Positions 27,868 through 38,052 of a stretch of 64,000 bases of DNA are shown piece by piece. Made by a program: the position numbers and the translations under genes. Source of the DNA: an uncultured Actinomycetota bacterium. GTDB taxonomy: Bacteria > Actinomycetota > Humimicrobiia > Humimicrobiales > Humimicrobiaceae. How positions within the stretch are numbered: position 1 is the first letter of the stretch; every line of letters begins with the position of its first letter. The notes under the pieces are model-generated. The model was not told where the DNA came from, searched no databases, and was given only the letters and a program-made list of their open reading frames with translations. The DNA lies in the NCBI GenBank assembly GCA_964610315.1, contig CAZSVM010000010.1, forward strand, positions 18,762 to 82,761, given 5' to 3'.

Positions 27868-30273
27868 TTGAGAGTAACATTAAACTGGTTAAAAGAATTC
27901 CTGGATACGGATAAACTTGATCCGGAGAATATTGCCGATATGCTGACCATGAGCGGAACCGAGGTTAAAAAAATTGAGAGTTTCGGCAGTAAATACCAGG
28001 ATATAATAGTAGGGAAGATCATAGATTTTTCCACCCACCCTGATGCTGATAAATTAGCTATGTGTAAAGTCGATACCGGTTCAAAAAGACTGGATATAGT
28101 ATGTGGTGCAAAGAATTTTAAGAAAGGGGATATAGTAGCCGTTGCTCTTCCCGGAGCGAAATTAAAGGGCACAGTTATAAAGGAAAGTAAAATAAGAGGA
28201 CAGATTTCCGAAGGAATGATGTGTTCTGAAATGGAATTAGGCCTTTCTTCCGAATCGGAAGGTATAATGATCCTGGATGCCGATTGCAAGGTAGGGGAGA
28301 ATTTCTCAAAATCGGTCGGCCTGAACGATATTGTCTATGAACTCGAGATCACGCCTAATCGGCCTGATTGCCTGAGCGTAATAGGGATTGCCAGAGAGAT
28401 AAGTGCTCTAACTGGCTTCGAACTTATAATTCCCGGTTACCAATTTCAAAGAAGATTAAATATGGATTCGGAATTTGCTATTGAAATAGAAGATTATATC
28501 CTTTGCCCCCGTTATTCAGCTAAAATTTTTAAAAATATACCCAGCATGCAGTCTCCACAATGGCTTAAAAACAGATTGAGGTTGTGTGATGTAAGACCAA
28601 TCGATCTTATTGTCGACCTGACCAATTATGTTATGCTGGAAACCGGCCAGCCTCTTCATGCTTTTGACCGGGATCTTTTATATTCTCCTAAAATTATAGT
28701 CAGGAAAGCAAAAAAAGGTGAGAAAATAAGAACGATCGACGATTCTTTGAGAATTCTGGATCAAGATGCGCTGGCGATAGCCGATGAAAATAAAGCAGTA
28801 GCTATTGCCGGTATTATGGGTGGAAAGGATACCGAAATAAATAAAGATACAAAAAATGTATTGCTGGAGTCGGCAAACTTTTTCGGGCCTTCCATAATGA
28901 AAACTTCCAAAAAAATAGGGCTGCGGTCGGAAGCCTCAAATAGGTTCGAGAAAAAAATCGATCCTCTTCTTACTTTATTTGCTATCGGAAGATTTGAGGA
29001 TATTTTGAAAAAAGTTACCGGTTCGCAGCCAGAAGGATATATTTACGATAATTATAAAAAGATAAAAAGGGAAAGAAAAATAATTTTGAGAGCAGATAGG
29101 GTAAGTAAAATTCTGGGCAAGAATATCGAAAAAGAGGTAATATCCAGTATACTTACCGGTTTAAAAATTGAAAATAAAATAAAAAATAATACCATAGAAG
29201 CCTACGTACCTTCTCATAGATACGAAGATCTGGAAAGAGAAATCGATCTGATAGAAGAGGTAGCCAGAATTTACGGATATGATAGATTGGACTCTATTCC
29301 TACAGCTACCAGTGATAAACGGGGGAAATATACTTATTATCAGAAAATGGTGAGGGAAATAAGGCAATCTCTATGCAATATCGGACTGAATGAAGTTATA
29401 AATTATTCTTTTATTGGTGCCGAAGCAATTGAAAGGTTCAAACTAAATCTTGAGAATGATTATAAGGATAGTGTGGAGATATTAAATCCCATTAACGAAG
29501 ATTTCAAATATTTAAGAACCATGCTTCTTCCGGCGCTCATGAAAAATATCAAGGATAATATTAATCATAATATCAAGGATATTAGAATATTCGAAATATC
29601 AAAAGTTTTTAAAAAAAGAGGCAAAGATTTATTACCCCTGGAATTAAACAAGCTTGGAGTAATACTTACCGGAAAAGCCGTACAAAAGGGCTGGGGTCAG
29701 GTAGAAAGAAATATTGATTTTTATGATTTAAAAGGTATTTTGGAGTTTTTATCCGGTCTGTACTACCCCTATGGTAATCTGAAAATAGAAGAAGGACAGT
29801 ATAAATTCTTCCATCCCCGAATAAGCGGTAAAATAAATATTAACCGGAAAGTTATGGGAATAATTGGGAAAATTCACCCTCTGATAATAGAGGAAACTGA
29901 AATTGGCCAGGATGTTTATTATATGGAACTGGATATGGATGAGTTCATAAATAATGTAAAAGAAGCCAGGAAGTACAAATCTATACCCCCGTTCCCTTCC
30001 ATAGATATCGATCTGGCAGTGGTGGTTGATGAAAAAATCGGGAATGGAGAAATTATAAATGAGATAAAAAAGAGTGGTGCCGGATTATTAAAGAAAGTGC
30101 GTTTGTTCGATATATATAGAGGAGCGCAAATAGAGAAAAGTAAAAAAAGTATGGCTTATGCCTTAAGTTTCAGGGATGATTCCAGAACTTTGAAGGATAC
30201 GGAAATAGAAATAATAGTAAACAGAATACTTGAAAATCTGGGCAGGAAATTTAAGGCAAGGATTAGAGAATAA
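27868..30273 (+). CDS. pheT: phenylalanine--tRNA ligase beta subunit
   Basis: N-terminus MRVTLNWLKEFLD, tRNA-binding OB domain, B3/B4, B5 and FDX-ACB domains recognisable. TTG start. Confidence 0.9.
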   Translation: MRVTLNWLKEFLDTDKLDPENIADMLTMSGTEVKKIESFGSKYQDIIVGKIIDFSTHPDADKLAMCKVDTGSKRLDIVCGAKNFKKGDIVAVALPGAKLKGTVIKESKIRGQISEGMMCSEMELGLSSESEGIMILDADCKVGENFSKSVGLNDIVYELEITPNRPDCLSVIGIAREISALTGFELIIPGYQFQRRLNMDSEFAIEIEDYILCPRYSAKIFKNIPSMQSPQWLKNRLRLCDVRPIDLIVDLTNYVMLETGQPLHAFDRDLLYSPKIIVRKAKKGEKIRTIDDSLRILDQDALAIADENKAVAIAGIMGGKDTEINKDTKNVLLESANFFGPSIMKTSKKIGLRSEASNRFEKKIDPLLTLFAIGRFEDILKKVTGSQPEGYIYDNYKKIKRERKIILRADRVSKILGKNIEKEVISSILTGLKIENKIKNNTIEAYVPSHRYEDLEREIDLIEEVARIYGYDRLDSIPTATSDKRGKYTYYQKMVREIRQSLCNIGLNEVINYSFIGAEAIERFKLNLENDYKDSVEILNPINEDFKYLRTMLLPALMKNIKDNINHNIKDIRIFEISKVFKKRGKDLLPLELNKLGVILTGKAVQKGWGQVERNIDFYDLKGILEFLSGLYYPYGNLKIEEGQYKFFHPRISGKININRKVMGIIGKIHPLIIEETEIGQDVYYMELDMDEFINNVKEARKYKSIPPFPSIDIDLAVVVDEKIGNGEIINEIKKSGAGLLKKVRLFDIYRGAQIEKSKKSMAYALSFRDDSRTLKDTEIEIIVNRILENLGRKFKARIRE

Positions 30274-30280
30274 GTAAGAT

Positions 30281-31009
30281 ATGACAATAGAGTTCCCGGG
30301 CACCAGAGGGGAAATTGAAGAAAGCAGTGCCCAACATAAATATCACTCATCTCTTGTGGTAAGATATAAAAACACCGGAGCACTGGTTGATCTGGGAGTA
30401 AAATTCAACCCCCGGTTAATAGATAGAATTAATGATTTTGATCTTATATTAATCACTCATGCTCACCCCGACCATTATCTATGGACTCTGAAAGATGAAA
30501 AAAGGGTAGATATTCCCGTATATCTGACCGAAGTTACATTTGATTACGGAAAATATAAACCCTTAGGTTACAAGATTATTAAAAGCGACAGGGAATACAG
30601 GCTTAAGGATCTCAACATAACTGCTTATCCGGTAATTCATTCTTTGAGATGCCCGGCGGTAGCCTATAAAATTAAGGGAGGTAAAACTTTAATTTATGCT
30701 CCGGATTTAGTGGATTTTGAAGAAGATAAGAGTAAAATACTGAATGGCATCGATTTATTGATAGCTGATGGTTCCAGCCTTAATATAAATATGGTAAGAA
30801 GAAGAGAAGGTAAACTTTTCGGACATACCAGAATAAAAACTATAATAGGCTGGTGCAAAAAATACGGGATAAGCCGGCTAATTATTACTCACTGTGGTAA
30901 ACAGATAGTTACCATGGATCAAAATAAACTGGCGGAAAAATTGAAAGAATATGCAGAAAAAAAAGTTAGGGTAGAGGTTGCTCATGACGGCTGGAAAATG
31001 GAATTATAA
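30281..31009 (+). CDS. MBL-fold metallo-hydrolase
   Basis: LILITHAHPDHY (HxHxDH) metal-binding motif and later H/D ligands. 242 aa. Confidence 0.7.
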   Translation: MTIEFPGTRGEIEESSAQHKYHSSLVVRYKNTGALVDLGVKFNPRLIDRINDFDLILITHAHPDHYLWTLKDEKRVDIPVYLTEVTFDYGKYKPLGYKIIKSDREYRLKDLNITAYPVIHSLRCPAVAYKIKGGKTLIYAPDLVDFEEDKSKILNGIDLLIADGSSLNINMVRRREGKLFGHTRIKTIIGWCKKYGISRLIITHCGKQIVTMDQNKLAEKLKEYAEKKVRVEVAHDGWKMEL

Positions 31010-31025
31010 CTAAGACTTGAAAATT

Positions 31026-31059
31026 AAAATGGGTAAGAAAAAACTTACCCATTTTTATG
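31026..31059 (+). terminator. Rho-independent terminator (11-bp perfect stem AAATGGGTAAG / CTTACCCATTT, A6 loop, T-run)
   Basis: Read directly from sequence, 17 nt after the MBL stop. Ends the thrS...pheT-MBL transcription unit. Confidence 0.6.
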
Positions 31060-31325
31060 ACGCTGCATTACTTTGTTTTAATTTATTTAAGGGCTCTATA
31101 TCACCTCCCTTAATTTCCTTACAAACTAAGTTTCAATAGCTGTGTAACTGATACGGACTTCAAAAGACTCTTCCGATATTATTTTTATTTTAACAGTCAA
31201 TAATGAATATTTTATGGAGAATTGACGGATGAAATTATTTTTATAGTAAATATGCTCCAGAATTTCTACATTTTTTTTTAATATAATTTCACCAAACTCA
31301 CTAAAAAATTAAAAAGGGTGAAGAA

Positions 31326-32600
31326 ATGGTTTTGAACAAAAGAAAAATGGCTATTACTGCAATTTCTACCGTTATTTTGTTATTAACTTCGGTTACTCTT
31401 ACTTCCTGTATGGGGATGGGCCCCTTTTCCGGGTTATCGGAAGAGGGAGGAACTCAGCAAATGGAGACCTTCACTGTGCAGAGAGGAAATATTTATCAGA
31501 CTGTTTCCACAACCGGCTCCGTAGATTCGGATTCTCTTAATACTTACAATATGCAGATTTCTGGTAAGATATTGTCCGCTCTGGAAAAGGGAGATTATTT
31601 CAAAAAGGGCGATATATTGGTAGAAGTAGATAATTCAGAGGGCCTGCTTCAGCTCGAACAGGCCGAAAAGAATCTGAAACTTTCGGAAATTTCTTTAAAA
31701 TCAGCAAAATTGAATTATCAGGCAGCTCTGGATTCCAATCATATAGACATTCAATTAGCAGATCTTAATACCGAGAAAGCTGAAGAATCAACCGAAAGCG
31801 CATTGGATTCTCTGGAAAATGCCCAGGAGATGGGGGATTCATACTCCATATCACAGGCAGAATCTTCTTATAAGCAGGCACAACTAAGCCAATCTACTAC
31901 CTATTGGAACAATTTATCCAGTCTCCAGTCGGCAGATAGGCAAATCGATTCAACCAGAAATAGCATAGAACAGGCACAAATACAATTGGAACAGGCCGAT
32001 ATTGACTATGAATCAGCACAAAAAGAGCTTGATGATTATGTATTATATGCTCCCTATGATGGTGTGGTTATTTCGTCTGATTTTATAACCGGAGATCAGA
32101 ACTCGGCAGCCAATGCTATATCCATAATAAGCAGTAATTTTTTAATCAAGTCAACTATCGGTGAGAGTGATATCTCGAAGATATCGGCAGGTAATGATGC
32201 ATATATTACCCTGGATGCCTATCCCGATTATCAGATTTCGGGAAAAGTGGAAAAAATAATACCAGTGGCCACGGAGGAGGGCAATATAATTTCTTTTGAA
32301 ATTTTTGTTGATTTCAGTGATACCGGAGATGCGGAAGTATTCTATGGTCTTTCAGCCGATGTCGATATCGTCACCCAGGAGGCCGAAAATGTCCTTTACG
32401 TTCCCATTCAGGCGGTATATACGGAGAATGGCAAAAATTATGTGGACGTTTTGATTTCCGGCGGACAGGTAAACGCGGAGAATGCAGCTCAATCCGTAAA
32501 AAAGACCGAAATTACTACCGGTATAAATGATTATCAGTATATAGAAGTCACTTCAGGACTTAATGAAGGAGATATAATCATAACTTCCAGGATACAATAA
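31326..32600 (+). CDS. efflux transporter periplasmic adaptor subunit (HlyD/MacA family membrane fusion protein)
   Basis: N-terminal TM/lipobox region, long coiled-coil (LQLEQAEKNLKLSEISLKSAKLNYQAAL...), and C-terminal beta-barrel motifs (VLYVPIQAVYTENGKNYVDV). Confidence 0.8.
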   Translation: MVLNKRKMAITAISTVILLLTSVTLTSCMGMGPFSGLSEEGGTQQMETFTVQRGNIYQTVSTTGSVDSDSLNTYNMQISGKILSALEKGDYFKKGDILVEVDNSEGLLQLEQAEKNLKLSEISLKSAKLNYQAALDSNHIDIQLADLNTEKAEESTESALDSLENAQEMGDSYSISQAESSYKQAQLSQSTTYWNNLSSLQSADRQIDSTRNSIEQAQIQLEQADIDYESAQKELDDYVLYAPYDGVVISSDFITGDQNSAANAISIISSNFLIKSTIGESDISKISAGNDAYITLDAYPDYQISGKVEKIIPVATEEGNIISFEIFVDFSDTGDAEVFYGLSADVDIVTQEAENVLYVPIQAVYTENGKNYVDVLISGGQVNAENAAQSVKKTEITTGINDYQYIEVTSGLNEGDIIITSRIQ

Positions 32601-32624
32601 GCCTGAATGCGGAGTCGGAGAATT

Positions 32625-33401
32625 ATGAGAAAAAAGATTATAGAAATCAAAGATGTTACCAGGGTATATAAAATCGGTAATATAAAAGTAAATGCTTTAA
32701 GAGGGGTTGATCTCGAGATAAATCAGGGTGAGTTTTTATCCATTATGGGGCCCTCCGGTTCGGGAAAGTCCACACTTATGAATATACTGGGCTGTCTGGA
32801 TACTCCTACTTCAGGATCCTATTTTCTGGAAAATATAGATGTTTCCAGGTTAAATGACAACCAGCTGGCAGAAATCAGAAATAAAAAAGTCGGATTTGTA
32901 TTTCAGACTTTCAACCTGCTTCCAAGGTCCAATATTATAGGGAATGTTGAACTCCCTTTAATTTATTCCAAGGAAAAACAATTCAAATCAAGATCAAGCT
33001 TAATAAACGAAGTAATAAATTCAGTGGGATTAAATGATTGGGCAAAACACAGACCCAATGAATTATCAGGGGGGCAGAGGCAGAGAGTAGCTATTGCCAG
33101 AGCTATTGTCAATAACCCAACTATAGTATTGGCCGATGAACCTACTGGAAATCTTGATTCAAGAACAGGAGAAGAAATAATGGCTATTTTCCAGGAACTT
33201 AACCGGCAGGGAAAGACCATTCTGTTCGTTACCCATGAAATCGAACTGGCAAGGCATGCCCAAAGGATAATTTATCTGAAAGACGGTATTTTAAATGGCG
33301 AAGAATTAATAAAAGATCCGGTTGATGCACGGAAACGGCTTGAACATATGCCCAGATTGGAAGATAAGATAAACAATATGTCAAAAAGTGTTTCAGGATG
33401 A
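32625..33401 (+). CDS. ABC transporter ATP-binding protein (MacB/LolD-type)
   Basis: Walker A GPSGSGKST, signature LSGGQRQRVAIARA, Walker B LADEPTGNLD. Start at the second ATG, which has a GGAG RBS. Confidence 0.85.
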   Translation: MRKKIIEIKDVTRVYKIGNIKVNALRGVDLEINQGEFLSIMGPSGSGKSTLMNILGCLDTPTSGSYFLENIDVSRLNDNQLAEIRNKKVGFVFQTFNLLPRSNIIGNVELPLIYSKEKQFKSRSSLINEVINSVGLNDWAKHRPNELSGGQRQRVAIARAIVNNPTIVLADEPTGNLDSRTGEEIMAIFQELNRQGKTILFVTHEIELARHAQRIIYLKDGILNGEELIKDPVDARKRLEHMPRLEDKINNMSKSVSG

Positions 33402-34690
33402 AAAGAATAATTGAGAATATAAGAATTGCATTCAAATCTCTGGCTTTAAATAAACTGAGGTCATTTTTAACCATGCTGGGGATTATAATCGGAGTGGGCT
33501 CCGTAGTAGCAGTTATGTCTGTAGGAGCGGCAGCGCAAGCTTCCATAACCGCAAATATACAGAGCATAGGCACCAATGTCATTACTATTACTCCGGGCAG
33601 AGAGCAGGCATTTAGGGGTGCCAATGAATCTGAAAGCAGGACAGGTGGAGAGCAGGGTGGAGGTTTCATGGTTAGCAGAAATTTTGGAGAACAAGAAGAA
33701 GATATTGTAGCAGGGGAGCTGTACCTGGAAGATGTCAGTGTTCTGAAGGAAAAAGCGGATCTGCTTGAGGAAGTAGTTCCTGTTCTGACCGGAGGGGGTA
33801 CGGATTTTTCCTATAAGAGCTGGAGTGGAAGCGTTAGTATAACTGCCACCTCGGAAGATTATTTAAAGCTTACCGGTTATGAATTGGATAAAGGCAGCTT
33901 CTTTACCGAAGGAGATGTTTCCAATTCAACCAATGTAGTTGTTCTGGGATATAATGTGGTAACCGATTATTTCGGAAAGACAAATCCAGTAGGAGAAGAA
34001 GTAAGAATTGATGGAAAGAAATTTATAGTAATGGGAACCTTGAAATCAGCAGGGTACACTTTTGGTATGAGTGCCGATAATTCCATTTTTATACCGGTTA
34101 CTACTGCTCAGAATAAATTATACGGTACGGATACAATTGGCCAGATACTCGCAAAAGTTAAAAGTGAGGATAATATGGATGGGGCTATAAGTGAAACAAA
34201 AGATGTCTTAAGAGTGCAGCACCATATCTTACTTGGAGGAAGCAATGATTTTGAGGTCTCTAGCTCGGGCCAGCTCCTGGAAGTAGCAAGCTCGGTTGCA
34301 AATATTCTAGTAATTACCCTGGCCAGTATAGCAGCTATTTCACTTCTGGTAGGAGGCATAGGGATCATGAATATTATGTTTGTATCGGTTACCGAAAGAA
34401 CCAGGGAAATTGGTATAAGAAAAGCAATAGGAGCCAAAAATAGAGATATACTGGTACAATTTTTAACCGAAAGCATCGTGCTAAGCCTGTCAGGCGGTAT
34501 CATAGGGATAGGCTTTGCCGGTTTTATAACCTGGATATTGAATACCTTTACTACCTTGAGTTCGCTTATTACCGCTTCTCCCATAATTCTGGCTTTAACC
34601 TTTTCCACAGTAATAGGCCTGATTTTTGGTATTTTTCCTGCTATGAGAGCAGCCAGGCTGAATCCCATTGATTCATTAAGACATGAATAG
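33398..34690 (+). CDS. ABC transporter permease (MacB_PCD plus FtsX domain)
   Basis: N-terminal TM, large periplasmic domain, and C-terminal four-TM FtsX-like domain ending ...AMRAARLNPIDSLRHE. Start overlaps the upstream stop (ATGA). Confidence 0.85.
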   Translation: MKRIIENIRIAFKSLALNKLRSFLTMLGIIIGVGSVVAVMSVGAAAQASITANIQSIGTNVITITPGREQAFRGANESESRTGGEQGGGFMVSRNFGEQEEDIVAGELYLEDVSVLKEKADLLEEVVPVLTGGGTDFSYKSWSGSVSITATSEDYLKLTGYELDKGSFFTEGDVSNSTNVVVLGYNVVTDYFGKTNPVGEEVRIDGKKFIVMGTLKSAGYTFGMSADNSIFIPVTTAQNKLYGTDTIGQILAKVKSEDNMDGAISETKDVLRVQHHILLGGSNDFEVSSSGQLLEVASSVANILVITLASIAAISLLVGGIGIMNIMFVSVTERTREIGIRKAIGAKNRDILVQFLTESIVLSLSGGIIGIGFAGFITWILNTFTTLSSLITASPIILALTFSTVIGLIFGIFPAMRAARLNPIDSLRHE

Positions 34691-34749
34691 TCTTTATAAT
34701 GGAATTGGTTTATACTCATTTAATGTAAAAAGTTAAATAACTTGAGAAG

Positions 34750-35418
34750 ATGAAGATACTTATAATTGAAGATGAAAAATCGGTAGCGGATAATCTTAAA
34801 ATAGGTCTGGAGCAGCATAGATTTATCGCTGATGTAGCCTACACTGGACAAGAAGGTCATTATATGATTGAAAATTATGATTACGACATAATAATTCTGG
34901 ATCTGATGTTGCCTGATACATCGGGTGAAGATTTATGCAGGAGAATAAGAAAAGAGAAGGTAAAAAGCTTCATACTTATGCTTACTGCTAAAAAACAGGT
35001 AGAAAATATCGTAGAGGGTCTTAACTGCGGTGCCGATGATTACCTTACCAAACCATTTGAATTTTCGGAATTGCTGGCAAGGTTGAGGGCCCTGCTCAGA
35101 AGGTTCTCAAAAAACAAGGAAAATATACTTAAAACCTTTGACTTAAAAATTGATCTGGACCGGGAACAGGTATTTACAGGGGAAAAAGAAGTAAAACTTA
35201 CCAAGAAGGAATTCATGATTTTGGAATATCTTTTAAGATACAAAGGCCAGCTGATAAGCAGAAATCAGATTCTTGAGCATGCCTGGGATAGGAATGTGGA
35301 TATTTTTACCAATATTGTGGATACCCATATAAAGAATATAAGGAAAAAGCTGGGCAAATTGGGAAAGCTTATAAAAACGGTGTACGGTTCGGGTTATAGA
35401 ATAGTGAATGATAAATAA
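34750..35418 (+). CDS. two-component response regulator, OmpR/PhoB family
   Basis: Receiver domain (DIIILDLMLPD, Asp phosphoacceptor) and winged-helix Trans_reg_C (LTKKEFMILEYLL...VYGSGYRI). Confidence 0.9.
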   Translation: MKILIIEDEKSVADNLKIGLEQHRFIADVAYTGQEGHYMIENYDYDIIILDLMLPDTSGEDLCRRIRKEKVKSFILMLTAKKQVENIVEGLNCGADDYLTKPFEFSELLARLRALLRRFSKNKENILKTFDLKIDLDREQVFTGEKEVKLTKKEFMILEYLLRYKGQLISRNQILEHAWDRNVDIFTNIVDTHIKNIRKKLGKLGKLIKTVYGSGYRIVNDK

Positions 35419-35428
35419 AGGTGTATTT

Positions 35429-36601
35429 ATGAAATTAACACTCCAGAAAAAAATATTACTGTGGTTTGTAATAATAATATTTGTTTCCTTTATACTTTAT
35501 GGATTTTTAATATACTTTGTTTACAGATTCAACCTGATGGGGGAAAGATACATAATTACCATAAGTGAACATTTGGAAGGAATTGACCGGGTAATTATTG
35601 AAAGGTTGGGGGAAATGAATAAGTTTGAACCTTTTGGGCTTCCCCCTCATTTAAAAATACTGCCCCCCGGACTTTTTTTAAGAATATTTTATACTATAAC
35701 CGGAGGAGTACTGGTAATAATAATGATAGCTGTATCGGGAGGTTTTCTGGTGCTGAGGAGAATGCTGCATCAGATCAATCTTATAACCGAAAACGTAAAG
35801 GAAATAGATGAAAAGAGGCTGCATTTGAGATTAAACCTTAAAGGAAAAGATGCTATCTCCAATATGGCCAGAGTTTTTGACAGTATGCTGGATAAAATTG
35901 AGACATCATTTAAAAAACAAAGGCAATTTATTCAAAATGCTTCACATGAACTGAACACCCCGCTTACCATAATGAAAACAAAAATCGATGTGCTCCGGCA
36001 GAAAAAAAACATTACCAATAAAGAGTATAAGGAAACCATAATTTTAGTGGATAGTGAAATTATGAGGCTCTCTAAAATAACCGAAGAGCTGCTTAATTTA
36101 TCCGATATTGAAGAAAATGGATTTAAGGATAAATTCAGTCAGGTTAATGTAAAAAAAATTCTGGAAAAATTGATAAAATTGTTTGGAAATCAAATTATGT
36201 CCAAGAGGCTTAAACTAAAAACAAGTTTTAGGGGCAGTTTTATTATTATGGGTAGTGAAATGCAGATAGAGCAGCTTTTTTTTAATCTTATGGATAATGC
36301 CGTAAAATATAGTGTTCCCAAAAAAGAATTAAATATCAGCCTGGAAAATGACAGGGATGGGAAACTACTGGTTTGTAAAATTGTCAATATCAGCAAAGTA
36401 ATCGATGAAAAAGATTTACCTTATATTTTTGATCGATTTTATAAGGTTACTGCCGTAAATGATAAGAGGAGCTATGGCCTGGGTCTCTCCATAAGCAAGA
36501 AAATAGTGGAAAATCATAGCGGTACCATAAAGGTTTATTATAACAGGGACAAAAAAGAAGTAACCTTTGAAGTGTGCATACCACTGTTTAACCGTAAATG
36601 A
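35429..36601 (+). CDS. sensor histidine kinase
   Basis: Two TM segments, HisKA H-box ASHELNTPLT, and HATPase_c N/G boxes (LMDNAVKYS, GLGLSISKKIVENHSG). Start at ATG 35429 with AAAGG RBS. Confidence 0.85.
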   Translation: MKLTLQKKILLWFVIIIFVSFILYGFLIYFVYRFNLMGERYIITISEHLEGIDRVIIERLGEMNKFEPFGLPPHLKILPPGLFLRIFYTITGGVLVIIMIAVSGGFLVLRRMLHQINLITENVKEIDEKRLHLRLNLKGKDAISNMARVFDSMLDKIETSFKKQRQFIQNASHELNTPLTIMKTKIDVLRQKKNITNKEYKETIILVDSEIMRLSKITEELLNLSDIEENGFKDKFSQVNVKKILEKLIKLFGNQIMSKRLKLKTSFRGSFIIMGSEMQIEQLFFNLMDNAVKYSVPKKELNISLENDRDGKLLVCKIVNISKVIDEKDLPYIFDRFYKVTAVNDKRSYGLGLSISKKIVENHSGTIKVYYNRDKKEVTFEVCIPLFNRK

Positions 36602-36696
36602 AAGAAGTATAAATCTTATTTGAATCTCCAGTTTATCTCCATTTTTTGTTTATATAATAATTCCTAAAAAAGTAACTATAAATGAAGGAGAATGTT

Positions 36697-37068
36697 ATGG
36701 ATGGTTTGCCGGCACAAGGGTTTGACCAGTTTATGAGGCCAAATGGCTTATTCGTTATTTTCAGGTTGCTCAGGTTTATGCCTTATATAGCGGGAGTTTT
36801 ACTTATTGCTGCCATAGCTATATGGATTATATTCGGTATTAAAAAATTCAGGTGGGCTAAAATACTGGCCATAGTTTTGACTGTGCTGGTGGTTATTACC
36901 GGTTTATGTAATGTGGCGCCCTTGTTTCTAGGTGGATTCAGGGGAAGAGTTCCAGGGCAATTTCCGTCAAATGAGGAACAATTCAGACAATTTCAAGAAA
37001 GGACGGATTCCGGGACTGAAGGAAGTGTCTATAATAATATAATTGATAATATGGAAGTAATAATTTAA
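36697..37068 (+). CDS. hypothetical small membrane protein (3 TM)
   Basis: GAAGGAG RBS 6 nt upstream of ATG 36697. Hydrophobic helices LFVIFRLLRFMPYIAGVLLIAAIAIWIIF and ILAIVLTVLVVITGL. Confidence 0.5.
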   Translation: MDGLPAQGFDQFMRPNGLFVIFRLLRFMPYIAGVLLIAAIAIWIIFGIKKFRWAKILAIVLTVLVVITGLCNVAPLFLGGFRGRVPGQFPSNEEQFRQFQERTDSGTEGSVYNNIIDNMEVII

Positions 37069-37167
37069 AAAGTAAATCATTCGATAGATTAAGTAGTTAA
37101 TAGAGTTAATAATTCTGTATAAGGTTGTGGTATAATGTTTTAAAATTATTAACTCTATTTTTGTATA

Positions 37168-37602
37168 ATGAAATGCTATCTTACCGGCAATAAAATCTGT
37201 GGTCTTAATGTGAAAGAAAAATCGAATCAGGTATTCATAGCCTATAATTATAATTATAAAAATGTGGAAAGAATCATAGAGGAAGTTATTATCCCTGCCC
37301 TTAAAAGCATGAATATCAAACATAAAATAGCCAGACAGGAAATAAGGACCAAAGATTTTTTTTGTAAAATATGTGAACTGATACAGCAGTCCAGATACTT
37401 TCTGGCCAATCTTACCAATCCCACTTTCAACGTAGGATTGGAGCTGGGACTGGCACTGGGATTGAATAAAGAAATAGTGCTTCTGGCCAGTAAAAGAACT
37501 AAAATTCCTTCGGATCTGGTGAGGCAGGAAGTGATATTTTATGGCAGGGATCTGGATAAACTAAGAAAAGATTTCACTGGTTGCATAAAAAGTTTAAGTT
37601 AA
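37168..37602 (+). CDS. nucleoside 2-deoxyribosyltransferase (NDT/DNPH1-like) family protein
   Basis: C-terminal NPTFNVGLELGLALGLNKEIVLLA closely mirrors the NDT active-site block DVGLGMELGYALSQGKYVLLV, including the catalytic Glu. N-terminal VFIAYNY strand. 144 aa. Confidence 0.5.
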   Translation: MKCYLTGNKICGLNVKEKSNQVFIAYNYNYKNVERIIEEVIIPALKSMNIKHKIARQEIRTKDFFCKICELIQQSRYFLANLTNPTFNVGLELGLALGLNKEIVLLASKRTKIPSDLVRQEVIFYGRDLDKLRKDFTGCIKSLS

Positions 37603-37629
37603 AATTATACAATAAATTGGAATTTAATT

Positions 37630-38040
37630 ATGCTTAGCGATAAAGAGCTAAAAAATTTATTGAAGAATTCAAAAACCATAGCGGTAGTAGGAGCTTCCAG
37701 AGATCCTCATAAAGCCGCCCATATAGTTCCTGAATACTTGAAGGAAAAAGGATATAAAATAATTCCGGTCAATTCTTTTGCGGATAAAATTTTAGGTGAA
37801 AAATCATATGGAAGTATAGCTGATGTAAAAGAGAAAGTGGATATTATAGATATTTTCAGACCCGGCAAAGATGCCTATCCCATAGTTAGGGAATCGTTAT
37901 CATTAAAGCCAAAGGCTATCTGGATGCAGCTCGGCATTCAAAACATTAAAGCCAAAGAACTGGCCCTGAAATATAATATCAAAGTGATAATGAACAGATG
38001 CATGATGATGGAATATAAAAGGCTAATAGAATCAAAATGA
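37630..38040 (+). CDS. CoA-binding domain protein (YccU-like)
   Basis: TIAVVGASRDPHKAAHIVPEYLKEKGYKIIPVN Rossmann-like CoA-binding signature. Confidence 0.75.
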   Translation: MLSDKELKNLLKNSKTIAVVGASRDPHKAAHIVPEYLKEKGYKIIPVNSFADKILGEKSYGSIADVKEKVDIIDIFRPGKDAYPIVRESLSLKPKAIWMQLGIQNIKAKELALKYNIKVIMNRCMMMEYKRLIESK

Positions 38041-38052
38041 GGAGAATAAACC

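Noticed and set aside
27861-28289. 142-aa ORF on the - strand
   Set aside because: Antisense to the conserved N-terminus of pheT.
33229-33669. 146-aa ORF on the - strand spanning the ABC ATPase/permease junction
   Set aside because: Antisense to two well-supported ABC genes. No independent evidence for it.
34108-34719. 203-aa ORF on the - strand
   Set aside because: Antisense to the C-terminal FtsX-domain region of the MacB-type permease, which has clear family similarity. This is a typical shadow ORF in AT-rich DNA.
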